Below are positions 6,740-15,734 of a stretch of DNA of 32,000 bases, piece by piece (the first letter of the stretch is position 1; each line of letters begins with the position of its first letter). The stretch is from Ruminococcus albus 7 = DSM 20455 (lineage in GTDB: Bacteria; Bacillota; Clostridia; Oscillospirales; Ruminococcaceae), in assembly GCF_000179635.2 (NCBI RefSeq), contig NC_014824.1, positions 330,001 through 362,000 on the forward strand, given 5' to 3'. The position numbers were made by a program, and so were the translations under genes. The notes under the pieces are model-generated. The model was not told the DNA's origin, made no database searches, and was given only the letters and a program-made list of their open reading frames with translations.

Positions 6740-7956
6740 AAATGAATAAAAAACACATCCTGGTCATAACACAATATTTTTATCCTGAACAGTTCAGGAT
6801 AAACGATATGTGCGCTGAATGGGTCAAGAGGGGCTATGAGGTCACAGTTGTTACCGGTTATCCTAATTATCCGCAGGGTGAATACTATGATGGATATGGC
6901 TGGTTCAGGCATACAAAACAGAAATGGAAGGGCGTAAAGATAATACGACTGCCGCTAACAGCAAGAAAACAAGGCTCTGTAAGACTTGCGCTGAATTATC
7001 TGTCATTTGTTATCTCAGGTTTAATCTGGGCAAAGACGACAAATGTTAAAGCCGATTATGTTTTTACATATGAAGTTTCTCCCATGACACAGGCGCTTGT
7101 TGGTGTATGGTATTCCAAAAGAAGAAAAATACCCAATTATTTGTACGTTACTGATTTATGGCCTGAAAACGTCGAGATTATAACGGGAATAAAAAGTAAG
7201 TGGATAATTACTCCAATTCAATGGATGGTAGATTACATATATAAAAGAAATAACCGTATATTGACTTCTTCTAAAAGTTTTATCAAATCAATCAGTAAAC
7301 GGCGTATACCATTTAATAAGATAGAGTTTTGGCCTCAGTATGCAGAAGAGTTCTATAAACCAATTATTCATCCTCAATATAATGAAATACCCCAGGATGG
7401 TATTTTTAATATAGTGTTTGCAGGTAATATTGGTTATGCTCAAGGGTTAGGAATATTGGTTGATAGTGCTAAGCAATTATTATCAAAAGGCATTTTGGTT
7501 AGATTTAATATAATTGGAAATGGTAGGTATTTGCCTGAACTAAAGAAATTAGTTAAGGATAGTAAAACAGATGATTACTTTAATTTTATAGACAGAAAGA
7601 ATCCTGAAGAAATCCCAAGTTACATTTCTTCTGCTGATGCTTCTCTTATTTGTCTATCCAAAAGTGAAGTGTTCTCTATTACAATACCTGCTAAAACTCA
7701 ATCATGTATGGCTTGTGGTAAGCCAATATTGGTTTCGGCTGATGGTGAGGTTCAAGACATTATTAAAGAAGCTAAAGCCGGACTTGTAAGTGGATCAGAG
7801 GATGTTGATGCACTTACTAATAATATAGTATTACTTAAAAATACTAGTATAAATGAATTGAATGAAATGGGCAATAATGCATTAAAATACTATTCTGAAA
7901 ACTTTGAAAAGAAGAAGCTGATGGATAGAATGGACAAAATACTAGAAGGGTCTTGA
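6736..7956 (+). CDS. GT4-family glycosyltransferase, WbuB/Cap5L-like (2-acetamido-2,6-dideoxy-L-hexose transferase type)
   Basis: ILVITQYFYPEQFRINDMCAEWVKRGYEVTVVTGYPNYPQG is the typical WbuB-type N-terminus. It sits immediately upstream of the fnlA-type genes. ATGA overlap with the previous gene. ATG 6742 is an alternative start. Confidence 0.8.
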   Translation: MKMNKKHILVITQYFYPEQFRINDMCAEWVKRGYEVTVVTGYPNYPQGEYYDGYGWFRHTKQKWKGVKIIRLPLTARKQGSVRLALNYLSFVISGLIWAKTTNVKADYVFTYEVSPMTQALVGVWYSKRRKIPNYLYVTDLWPENVEIITGIKSKWIITPIQWMVDYIYKRNNRILTSSKSFIKSISKRRIPFNKIEFWPQYAEEFYKPIIHPQYNEIPQDGIFNIVFAGNIGYAQGLGILVDSAKQLLSKGILVRFNIIGNGRYLPELKKLVKDSKTDDYFNFIDRKNPEEIPSYISSADASLICLSKSEVFSITIPAKTQSCMACGKPILVSADGEVQDIIKEAKAGLVSGSEDVDALTNNIVLLKNTSINELNEMGNNALKYYSENFEKKKLMDRMDKILEGS

Positions 7957-7963
7957 TTATAAT

Positions 7964-9004
7964 ATGTCAACGTTTAATGGAGCTACTTTATTGATAACTG
8001 GTGGTACAGGAAGTTTCGGTCATACTGTACTTAAGCATTTTTTAGATACTGATATAAGAGAAATCCGCATATTCAGCCGTGACGAAAAGAAACAGGATGA
8101 TATGCGCCATGAATTGCAGGCAAAGAATCCTGATACTGCAAAAAAAGTTAAGTTCTATATCGGAGATGTTCGTGATCCTCAGTCTATAAAAGATGCTATG
8201 CCCGGTGTTGATTTCATATTTCATGCTGCTGCATTAAAACAGGTACCTTCTTGTGAGTTTTTTCCTATGCAGGCTGTAAAGACCAATATTGAAGGAACAG
8301 ATAATATGCTTCACGCTGCAATTGAAGCTGGTGTTAAGCGTGTTGTTTGTCTTTCAACAGACAAGGCAGCTTATCCTATAAATGCTATGGGTATTTCCAA
8401 GGCAATGATGGAACATGTTATTACCGCTAACGCTCGTGTAGCTGCAGAAAGAGGTAATACCGTTATTTGCTGTACTCGTTATGGAAATGTAATGTGTAGT
8501 CGTGGATCTGTTATTCCTTTATTTATAGATCAGATTAGAGCGGGTAATCCTATAACAATCACTAATCCAGAGATGACTCGTTTCCTTATGAACCTTGACG
8601 AGGCTGTCGATCTTGTTAAGTTCGCTTTTGAGCACGCTAATCCCGGGGATTTGTTTGTTCAAAAAGCTGATGCTTCTACAATAGGAGATCTCGCAAAGGC
8701 TGTTCAGAAGCTGTTTGGTGATACGGGAACAAGGATCATCGGCACACGTCATGGTGAAAAGCTCTATGAGACACTTCTTACACAGGAAGAGAGACTGCGT
8801 TCTGAGGACATGGGCGATTACTTCCGTGTCTCCGCTGATAACCGTGATCTCAATTATGATAAGTATTTCGTTAAAGGTCAAGTTCAGACTCAGGCTGATG
8901 AGGCATACACAAGCCATAATACTGTCAGACTTGATGTTGAGGGAACGATTAAAAAACTACTCACTACAGATTATGTTAATGAGCAGTTGAATATCGGGAA
9001 GTGA
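7964..9004 (+). CDS. fnlA: UDP-N-acetylglucosamine 4,6-dehydratase/5-epimerase (CapE/FnlA/WbjB/WbvB family)
   Basis: Near-colinear match by eye to S. aureus CapE as I remember it. Matching stretches are LLITGGTGSFG, IREIRIFSRDEKKQDDMRHEL, FHAAALKQVPSCEFFP..AVKTNI.GT, CLSTDKAAYPINAMGISKAMME, TRYGNVM.SRGSVIPLFIDQI, IGTRHGEK and MGDYFRV.AD.RDLNY. Confidence 0.9.
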   Translation: MSTFNGATLLITGGTGSFGHTVLKHFLDTDIREIRIFSRDEKKQDDMRHELQAKNPDTAKKVKFYIGDVRDPQSIKDAMPGVDFIFHAAALKQVPSCEFFPMQAVKTNIEGTDNMLHAAIEAGVKRVVCLSTDKAAYPINAMGISKAMMEHVITANARVAAERGNTVICCTRYGNVMCSRGSVIPLFIDQIRAGNPITITNPEMTRFLMNLDEAVDLVKFAFEHANPGDLFVQKADASTIGDLAKAVQKLFGDTGTRIIGTRHGEKLYETLLTQEERLRSEDMGDYFRVSADNRDLNYDKYFVKGQVQTQADEAYTSHNTVRLDVEGTIKKLLTTDYVNEQLNIGK

Positions 9005-9013
9005 GTACATAAC

Positions 9014-9868
9014 ATGAAGTTTTTAATTCTTGGATGCAACGGTATGGCTGGTCATACCATTAGCTTATACTTGAAAGAACAGGGTCATGATGTATTTGGC
9101 TTTGATCTTCGCCCTTCCACTTTGATTGAAAGCACAACTGGAAACGCAATGGATTCCGCGTTTATAAAAGATCTTGTCGGCGTTAATAGGTATGACAGTA
9201 TTATCAACTGTATTGGACTTCTTAATCAGTTCGCAGAGAACAATAAATCCAGCGCAGCTTATCTTAACGGATATTTTCCGCATTATCTTGCAGAATTGAC
9301 AGAAGGAACAGATACTCAGGTAATACATATGAGTACAGATTGTGTTTTCTCCGGAAAGCGTGGGCAGTATACTGAAGATGATTTGCGTGACGGGGAGACC
9401 TTCTATGATCGTTCAAAAGCTCTTGGTGAACTGGAAGATGATAGGAATATAACTATGCGTAATTCAATCGTAGGTCCTGATATTAATCCAAATGGTATAG
9501 GACTTCTCAACTGGTTTATGAAGCAAGAAGATACGGTAAATGGCTTCTTAGGAGCAATCTGGACAGGACAGACAACTTTACAGCTTGCAAAAACAATGGA
9601 AGTTGCGGCTAAAACTAAGGCTCATGGATTGTTTAATACCGTACCTTCTGAAAGTATAAATAAATACGAATTGCTTAAGCTCTTTAATCACTACATGAGA
9701 AATGATAAGATCAATATCATTCCTGTTGATAAAACAGTAGCTGATAAATCTTTAAAACGTACAAGATTTGAATTTGACTATCTTATCCCTGATTATGAGC
9801 AAATGGTAGCGGAACTTGCTGATTGGATGAGAGCACATAAATCATTATATCCACATTATGAACTTTAA
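9014..9868 (+). CDS. RmlD-type NAD(P)H sugar-nucleotide 4-reductase (short, single-domain; WbvR/QnlB-like rather than two-domain CapF)
   Basis: FLILGCNGMAGHT opens the protein, and MSTDCVFSGKRGQYTEDD....FYDRSKALGE is the RmlD substrate-binding-type motif STD.VF.G....Y.E.D......Y..SK..GE. At 284 aa it has no room for the C-terminal cupin domain of CapF/WbjC-type enzymes. Confidence 0.75.
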   Translation: MKFLILGCNGMAGHTISLYLKEQGHDVFGFDLRPSTLIESTTGNAMDSAFIKDLVGVNRYDSIINCIGLLNQFAENNKSSAAYLNGYFPHYLAELTEGTDTQVIHMSTDCVFSGKRGQYTEDDLRDGETFYDRSKALGELEDDRNITMRNSIVGPDINPNGIGLLNWFMKQEDTVNGFLGAIWTGQTTLQLAKTMEVAAKTKAHGLFNTVPSESINKYELLKLFNHYMRNDKINIIPVDKTVADKSLKRTRFEFDYLIPDYEQMVAELADWMRAHKSLYPHYEL

Positions 9869-9894
9869 TGGCGAGGATTTGAGGAGTAAAATAC

Positions 9895-11046
9895 ATGGAG
9901 ATAAAGAAATTGCGTTTGATGACTATTGTCGGAACAAGACCTGAGATCATTAAAATGTCTGCAATCATTAAGAAAGCTGATCAGTACTTTGATCAGATAC
10001 TTGTTCACACAGGTCAGAATTACGATTATGAGCTTAACAAGGTGTTCTTTGAAGATTTGGGTCTCAGAGAGCCTGATTACTATCTTGGTGTGGTTGGTGA
10101 GAATCTTGGTCAGACAATGGGTAATGTAATCTCAAAGTCTTATGAGCTTATGCAGGAAGTAAAACCAGATGCTATAATAGTGCTTGGAGATACAAACTCA
10201 TGTCTTTGCGTTATTTCTGCAAAGAGACTCAAGATTCCGGTATTCCATATGGAAGCCGGAAACAGATGCAAAGATGAGAATCTGCCTGAAGAGGTTATTA
10301 GAAGAATTGTTGATGTTACCAGCGATGTCAATCTGTGCTATTCTGAACATGCCCGCAGATATATTCTTGATACCGGCGTAAAACCGGAGTATACCTATGT
10401 AGTCGGTTCTCCTATGGCAGAAGTTCTCTCTTCTTGTAAAGCTCAAATTGAAAACAGCACTATTCTTGAGACTCTTGGATTAAAATCTAACGGATATATA
10501 CTGCTTTCAGCACATCGTGAAGAGAATATAGATATTGAAGAAAACTTCTTTAGCCTTATGAATGCTGTCAATGCTATGGCTGAAAAGTATGATATGCCTA
10601 TTCTCTATTCTTGTCATCCGAGGAGTAAGAAATACATAGAAGCCAGAGGCTTTAAGTTTGACAGCAGAGTCATCCAGCACAAGCCGCTTGGTTTCTTTGA
10701 TTATAACAAGTTGCAACAGAACGCTTTTTGTGTTGTTAGCGATAGCGGAACTATTCCTGAGGAAGGTGCATACTTCAAGTTCCCAGCTGTATCTATCAGA
10801 ACAAGTACGGAACGTCCCGAAGCAATGGATAAGGGCGTTTTTACAATCGGTAGCATAACTACTGAACAGGTACTTCAGGCTGTTGATCTTGCTGTGTCTA
10901 TGCATGCTAATGGTGATGATGCAGTTGATGTGCCGGGATATGTTGATAAGAATGTAAGTGTCAAGGTAATCAAACTGATTCAGAGTTATGTCGGTATAAT
11001 AAATAAGATGGTTTGGAGAAAATGCAATGAGAATAGCGATTGTTGA
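9895..11046 (+). CDS. wecB: Non-hydrolysing UDP-sugar 2-epimerase (WecB/CapG/FnlC/WbvD family)
   Basis: LMTIVGTRPEIIKMSAII, HTGQNYD, VLGDTNS, FHMEAGNR and SDSGT..EE are hallmarks of the WecB-type 2-epimerase fold. It is the third gene of the fnlA-type triad. Confidence 0.9.
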   Translation: MEIKKLRLMTIVGTRPEIIKMSAIIKKADQYFDQILVHTGQNYDYELNKVFFEDLGLREPDYYLGVVGENLGQTMGNVISKSYELMQEVKPDAIIVLGDTNSCLCVISAKRLKIPVFHMEAGNRCKDENLPEEVIRRIVDVTSDVNLCYSEHARRYILDTGVKPEYTYVVGSPMAEVLSSCKAQIENSTILETLGLKSNGYILLSAHREENIDIEENFFSLMNAVNAMAEKYDMPILYSCHPRSKKYIEARGFKFDSRVIQHKPLGFFDYNKLQQNAFCVVSDSGTIPEEGAYFKFPAVSIRTSTERPEAMDKGVFTIGSITTEQVLQAVDLAVSMHANGDDAVDVPGYVDKNVSVKVIKLIQSYVGIINKMVWRKCNENSDC

Positions 11047-12094
11047 TGTTGCTGCTGAAAGTGGTGGAGCATTGTCAGTATTGATGGATTTTCTAAATTA
11101 TCTTCATTCAATAGACGATGATAAGAATGAATACTATATATTTGTAAGCCAATCAATTGAAATTGAGAACAATAAGTTTCATGTTGTAATAAAACCAGAA
11201 ATAAAAAAATCATGGTTTTGCCGATTAAAGTGGGAACTACTAGAAGCTAAAAAGGATTTTACTAAGTATAGAATAGATACAATTATTTCTCTTCAAAATA
11301 CGGGTTTCTTTTTTCGTGGTTTTAGACAGATTGTTTATTTTCACAATGTATTACTTTTAGAGAGTAAAAAAAAGTATTCACTGTTCAATAAAGAAGAACG
11401 TAAGTTTGCGTTGTACACAAGATTAATAGCACCTTATACAATTAGAAGTATGAAATTTGCAAATACTATCATTTGTCAGACAAATACAGTAAAGAATAAA
11501 TTACAAGTTTTTCTTCCCAAAATTAATAAGATTGTTATTAATCCAAATGTTCATATTGATGATGAATATATAAATACAGCGAGATTTCCCATAAAGGGGT
11601 TTATTTATCCGACGTCTGCGGTTCCATTTAAAAAAATAGAAGATATACTTAAATGTATAAAAATTAACAAAAAGTGGTTTTTATATAACAAACTTGAAGT
11701 AATTATTACACTAACAGGTAATGAAAACGAATATTCCAAACGAGTGTATAATTTTGCTAAGAAATTAGGAATTGTTAGTTTTATTGGTTATCAGTCAAGA
11801 AGCACGATTATTGAATATTATAGAAATTATTCACTCATAAATAATTCAGATATTGAATCTTTTCCGCTGCCATTTATGGAGGCTGCATTAGTTGGAACAC
11901 CTATTGTATCATCTGCGCACGATTATGCCATAGAGATATTAAGCAACAATGAAGCGGCATTTTTATTTAAAACAGGCGATATGAATGAAATGTTTAAGTG
12001 CATGAAAAAAGCATTCGACTTTAGACCTTCTCATACTGTAGATTGTCACATGATTAAAGATAATACCTGGAAGAAAGTTTTTGACTTGTTATAA
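11027..12094 (+). CDS. GT4 (GT1-fold) glycosyltransferase
   Basis: MRIAIVDVAAESGGALSV at the N-terminus. The C-terminal ESFPLPFMEAALVGTPIVSS resembles the E-x7-E region of retaining GT4 enzymes. GGAGAA RBS. 20-nt overlap with the upstream gene. Confidence 0.75.
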   Translation: MRIAIVDVAAESGGALSVLMDFLNYLHSIDDDKNEYYIFVSQSIEIENNKFHVVIKPEIKKSWFCRLKWELLEAKKDFTKYRIDTIISLQNTGFFFRGFRQIVYFHNVLLLESKKKYSLFNKEERKFALYTRLIAPYTIRSMKFANTIICQTNTVKNKLQVFLPKINKIVINPNVHIDDEYINTARFPIKGFIYPTSAVPFKKIEDILKCIKINKKWFLYNKLEVIITLTGNENEYSKRVYNFAKKLGIVSFIGYQSRSTIIEYYRNYSLINNSDIESFPLPFMEAALVGTPIVSSAHDYAIEILSNNEAAFLFKTGDMNEMFKCMKKAFDFRPSHTVDCHMIKDNTWKKVFDLL

Positions 12095-12337
12095 TGGAAA
12101 TGAATTAGTTTATGAAGGGTCTCATGTTTCTATTTATAGATGAAGAGAAGAATACGGATAATACCATAAGCGGTTTATACAATTAAAGAAAAAAATGGTT
12201 TTGTGATTTATGAAGCGTTAGCAGATATGTGTACCAATAATTTGAGACCAAACTCCGTGGAATGAATTTGAGGAAAACTATTATTTTAGTCTCAACGCGA
12301 ATTCCACACGAATATAAGATGCTAACAGGTGATTTTG

Positions 12338-13645
12338 ATGAAAAAAAATAATATAGATATATCGGCTAAATTGTTATTACTAATACTGTCATCCGCGGTT
12401 ATGTATATTTTTCCGAATGTAAATGAATTACCATTAGTAGGTGGATATATTGTATTTCTAAGTATTATTTTCATAATTAAATCGTATAAGAATATTATGT
12501 CTTTTATTGTTGCATTATTTTTATTTTGGTTTAATTACAGTATAATCTTTGCAAATTACTTTCTTGATATGCATTCATTTTATCTTAGAGATTCGTACTC
12601 AGCAGTATCAGTAATAGGATTAAGAGTACTATTGATATTTAATTTGATTTTATGTTTGTTCACAAAAAATAGTGACAGCAAAAACTATGAAATAGCATGG
12701 AAATATAATAAGCCCGTTAGTGAGATAATCGCATGGGGCTATTTATTTCTTTTGACATTCATCCTGATCTTTGGATTTTCCCGACCAGCTAAGGAAGGTG
12801 GTCGAGGGTCACCTTCTACGATATACGAGTACTCTATAGTACTATTTATCGTTGGTTATTATTTCTTTCATTCAAACAAGTATTATATTAATTTAAGTTC
12901 TTTTCTCTTGATTTTATATGCTTTACAGAACTTGTATTACGGAGGTAGAATTACTGCCCTGCAAGAGTTGACAATTTTTTTTATTCTTTTTGTTCACAAG
13001 AAATCTAAGACTAATTTAAAAACAATGATTCCAGTTGTAATATTTTCGTTTATCATATTTACTGGAGTTGGACTTTTTAGAGCTAATTTTCGACTGTCAA
13101 CCTCAACTATAAATGATATTTTTGAATCGAGCAATAATAAAGCATTAACTCTTGATACAGCATACTCTGCGTATTACACTTCCTTAACATTTATTAAAAC
13201 CGAATCAATACTATCTTTACCAGAAAGATTAAGGATATTTATAAATTGGATATGTTCACAGTTGGTAGGAGGAAGTTTAATCAGAGAATCGAATGTTGCT
13301 CAAATAACAAGACGTTATTACATACATTATTATGGCGGTGTGCTTCCATTTTTCGGACATTTCTTTATGGGATACATAGGGACAATTTTGATAAGTCTTG
13401 TAGTTGCAAAATACATAAATGACTTGAAGTCTTTTTACAAAAAATCAGGTTTATCAAAATGTATTTTACTTTACTTTGTTGTCACAACTCCAAGATGGTT
13501 TTTGTATTCTCCGTCTCCATTATTTAGAGGAGCATTTCTAGTTTTTGTTGTGTATTATATTACTGAACAGTTCAATGCTTTTTTTATGAAACGACAATAT
13601 ATGAGAATGAATGAACGCGACAAATTACAATATGCCAAAGCTTAA
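12338..13645 (+). CDS. wzy: Polytopic membrane protein, probable repeat-unit polymerase (Wzy-like)
   Basis: ~435 aa, very AT-rich and very hydrophobic, with about ten or more predicted TM stretches by eye and one larger loop. It is the only candidate polymerase in a locus that also has Wzx. There is no recognisable motif, as is usual for Wzy. ATG 12338 is preferred over GTG 12329. Confidence 0.55.
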   Translation: MKKNNIDISAKLLLLILSSAVMYIFPNVNELPLVGGYIVFLSIIFIIKSYKNIMSFIVALFLFWFNYSIIFANYFLDMHSFYLRDSYSAVSVIGLRVLLIFNLILCLFTKNSDSKNYEIAWKYNKPVSEIIAWGYLFLLTFILIFGFSRPAKEGGRGSPSTIYEYSIVLFIVGYYFFHSNKYYINLSSFLLILYALQNLYYGGRITALQELTIFFILFVHKKSKTNLKTMIPVVIFSFIIFTGVGLFRANFRLSTSTINDIFESSNNKALTLDTAYSAYYTSLTFIKTESILSLPERLRIFINWICSQLVGGSLIRESNVAQITRRYYIHYYGGVLPFFGHFFMGYIGTILISLVVAKYINDLKSFYKKSGLSKCILLYFVVTTPRWFLYSPSPLFRGAFLVFVVYYITEQFNAFFMKRQYMRMNERDKLQYAKA

Positions 13646-13779
13646 TCGAATAAAATGCTTTATAACTTAATATTAAACCCATTTTTACAGAAATATGCAA
13701 TATGTTGCAATCATTAAAAAAGTCTCATTAGTTTACATTTTTTTGATACTTCCCCAAAACATAGCTAAGGAGAGTTAGA

Positions 13780-14619
13780 GTGAAACAATTTTATAAAGAT
13801 TTTATCGGCAAAACAATAAATAGTCAAGAACAGTTGAAAATACAACTAGACATTCTGAAATATGTTGCAAGTTTTTGTGAAAAGAATGGGCTTCGATATT
13901 TTTTGGCTGATGGAACGCTACTTGGAGCTGTCAGGCATCATGGCTATATTCCTTGGGATGATGATATTGATATACGGATGCCAAGACCAGATTATGAAAA
14001 AATGTGTGAATTATTCAATTCAAAAGATAATGATGGAACATATCATTTAATTCAGCCTTCTGATGACGAAGCACAGCATTATTTTGTCAAGATTATCGAT
14101 ACTCGAACTATCAAGATTGAGCCCTATTTGAACTATAAATTTGGTCTGATTGGGATTGACATTGATGTCTTTCCAATTGATGGAGCACCATCAAATCCGA
14201 ATGAGTATGATAAATATCAAAAAACAATTAGAGGATATAATAAAACGTATATGCTGAAAAAGAAGATTTTTTTTCGCAGGATGTTGACAATCGGAAAAGA
14301 TTTCGTTAAAAATCGCTTCAAAGCTCATTTTTGTCCATTTATGAGTTTTAAGGCAGTTGCACGCAAAGTAAAACAATTATCAAATCAATATGATTTTGAA
14401 AAATCGGAATATGTGTGTCATATTGGTATCGGGGATAGATACCGATTTCCAAGATCAGCATATAGTGATTACAAAATGATGCAGTTTGAAGATACACAGT
14501 TTAGAATTCCTTGTGGTTATGATGAGATATTAACTGCTCATTATGGAGATTATATGAAATTGCCTCCTGTTGAAAAACAGATTACGCATCATGTCAATAA
14601 TGCTTATTGGAAAAAATAA
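13780..14619 (+). CDS. licD: LicD-family phosphotransferase, paralogue 1
   Basis: [28 protein letters not shown] is the LicD nucleotidyltransferase-fold motif (LLGAvRh.[10 protein letters not shown]). The C-terminal YGDYM.LPP motif is also present. GTG start follows an AAGGAGAG RBS. Confidence 0.85.
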   Translation: MKQFYKDFIGKTINSQEQLKIQLDILKYVASFCEKNGLRYFLADGTLLGAVRHHGYIPWDDDIDIRMPRPDYEKMCELFNSKDNDGTYHLIQPSDDEAQHYFVKIIDTRTIKIEPYLNYKFGLIGIDIDVFPIDGAPSNPNEYDKYQKTIRGYNKTYMLKKKIFFRRMLTIGKDFVKNRFKAHFCPFMSFKAVARKVKQLSNQYDFEKSEYVCHIGIGDRYRFPRSAYSDYKMMQFEDTQFRIPCGYDEILTAHYGDYMKLPPVEKQITHHVNNAYWKK

Positions 14620-14632
14620 TGAGGTGAATAGA

Positions 14633-15706
14633 ATGTTAAACTTTACAGTAGGTCCAGTTATGTGCAGTGATGAAGTATGTGCGGTTGGCGGTGAGCAGGT
14701 TCCCTATTTCAGAACGCCGGAATTTTCAGAATTGATGCTGGAAAATGAAAAGCTTATGCTGAAGTTTTCCAAAGCGCCCGCAGGATCGAGAGTAGCTTTT
14801 ATGACCAATTCTTCTACTGGATCGATGGAAGCGACAGTTATGAACTGTTTTACAGCATCGGATAAGGTGCTGGTTATCAACGGCGGTAGCTTTGGTCAGC
14901 GATTTGTTGAACTGTGCGAGATTCATGATGTTCCACACGATATTCTGAAGCTGAATCATGGACAGAAGCTTACCAAAGAAAGACTATATGAATACGACAA
15001 CAAGGACTATACTGGATTGCTTGTCAATATTGATGAAACTTCTACCGGTGTCCTTTATGATTCGGAAATGATTGGTGAATTCTGTAAAAAGAATGATATC
15101 TTCTACGTTTGCGACTGTGTTTCGGCATTCCTAGCTGATACGTTTGATATGGCACACTGCGGTGCGGATGTAATGATAACCGGTTCGCAGAAGGTTCTTG
15201 CTTGCCCTCCTGGCGTTTCCATGATTGTTCTTGCTCCCAGGGCTGCGGAGCGTGTGACAAACGCAAATGTGAAGTCAATGTACTTCAATCTTGCAGATGT
15301 TCTCAAAAATATGGAACGTGGACAGACACCGTTCACTCCTGCTGTTGGTATACTTCGTCAGATAAACACACGACTGAAGGAAATTGAGGCAGCAGGTGGG
15401 GCAGATGCTGAAATTGCCCGTGTTGCAGCCCAGGCACAAGATTTCCGTGAGAAGATCAAAGAATTGCCATTTGAATTTGTATCTGAGTCTCCAGCTAATG
15501 GTGTTACATCGGTTCATCCGTTGAATGCAGATGCCTATGAGATTTTCATGGAACTTAAAGACCATTATGGAATCTGGATTTGTCCGAACGGCGGAGAAAT
15601 GAAAAGTACTATATTCCGTGTTGGTCACATTGGTTACTTGAATCACGAAGACAATACTACGCTTATAAACGCTTTGAAAGATATGCAAAGAAAAGGTAAA
15701 CTGTGA
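14633..15706 (+). CDS. Class-V (AGXT/PhnW/SerC-like) PLP-dependent aminotransferase
   Basis: [10 protein letters not shown]-terminus and a [15 protein letters not shown]-lysine motif, ~357 aa. ATG 14633 follows a GAGGTG RBS and removes the 50-nt overlap implied by the track start at 14570. It is not a DegT/EryC1-type sugar aminotransferase. Confidence 0.8.
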   Translation: MLNFTVGPVMCSDEVCAVGGEQVPYFRTPEFSELMLENEKLMLKFSKAPAGSRVAFMTNSSTGSMEATVMNCFTASDKVLVINGGSFGQRFVELCEIHDVPHDILKLNHGQKLTKERLYEYDNKDYTGLLVNIDETSTGVLYDSEMIGEFCKKNDIFYVCDCVSAFLADTFDMAHCGADVMITGSQKVLACPPGVSMIVLAPRAAERVTNANVKSMYFNLADVLKNMERGQTPFTPAVGILRQINTRLKEIEAAGGADAEIARVAAQAQDFREKIKELPFEFVSESPANGVTSVHPLNADAYEIFMELKDHYGIWICPNGGEMKSTIFRVGHIGYLNHEDNTTLINALKDMQRKGKL

Positions 15707-15734
15707 GAAAAACGTTTTTAATGGAGATGATATA

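Noticed and set aside
11366-14274. Homopolymer tracts inside coding regions as extra phase-variation sites: A8 at 11366-11373 (GT4), A8 at 12341-12348 (immediately after the wzy ATG), T8 at 14267-14274 (licD1)
   Set aside because: Runs of 7-9 A/T also occur in intergenic DNA here (e.g. T9 near 955-963). They are expected by chance in such AT-rich sequence, and lengths under 9-10 are weak slippage substrates. The A8 at the wzy start is the only one worth a glance in read data.
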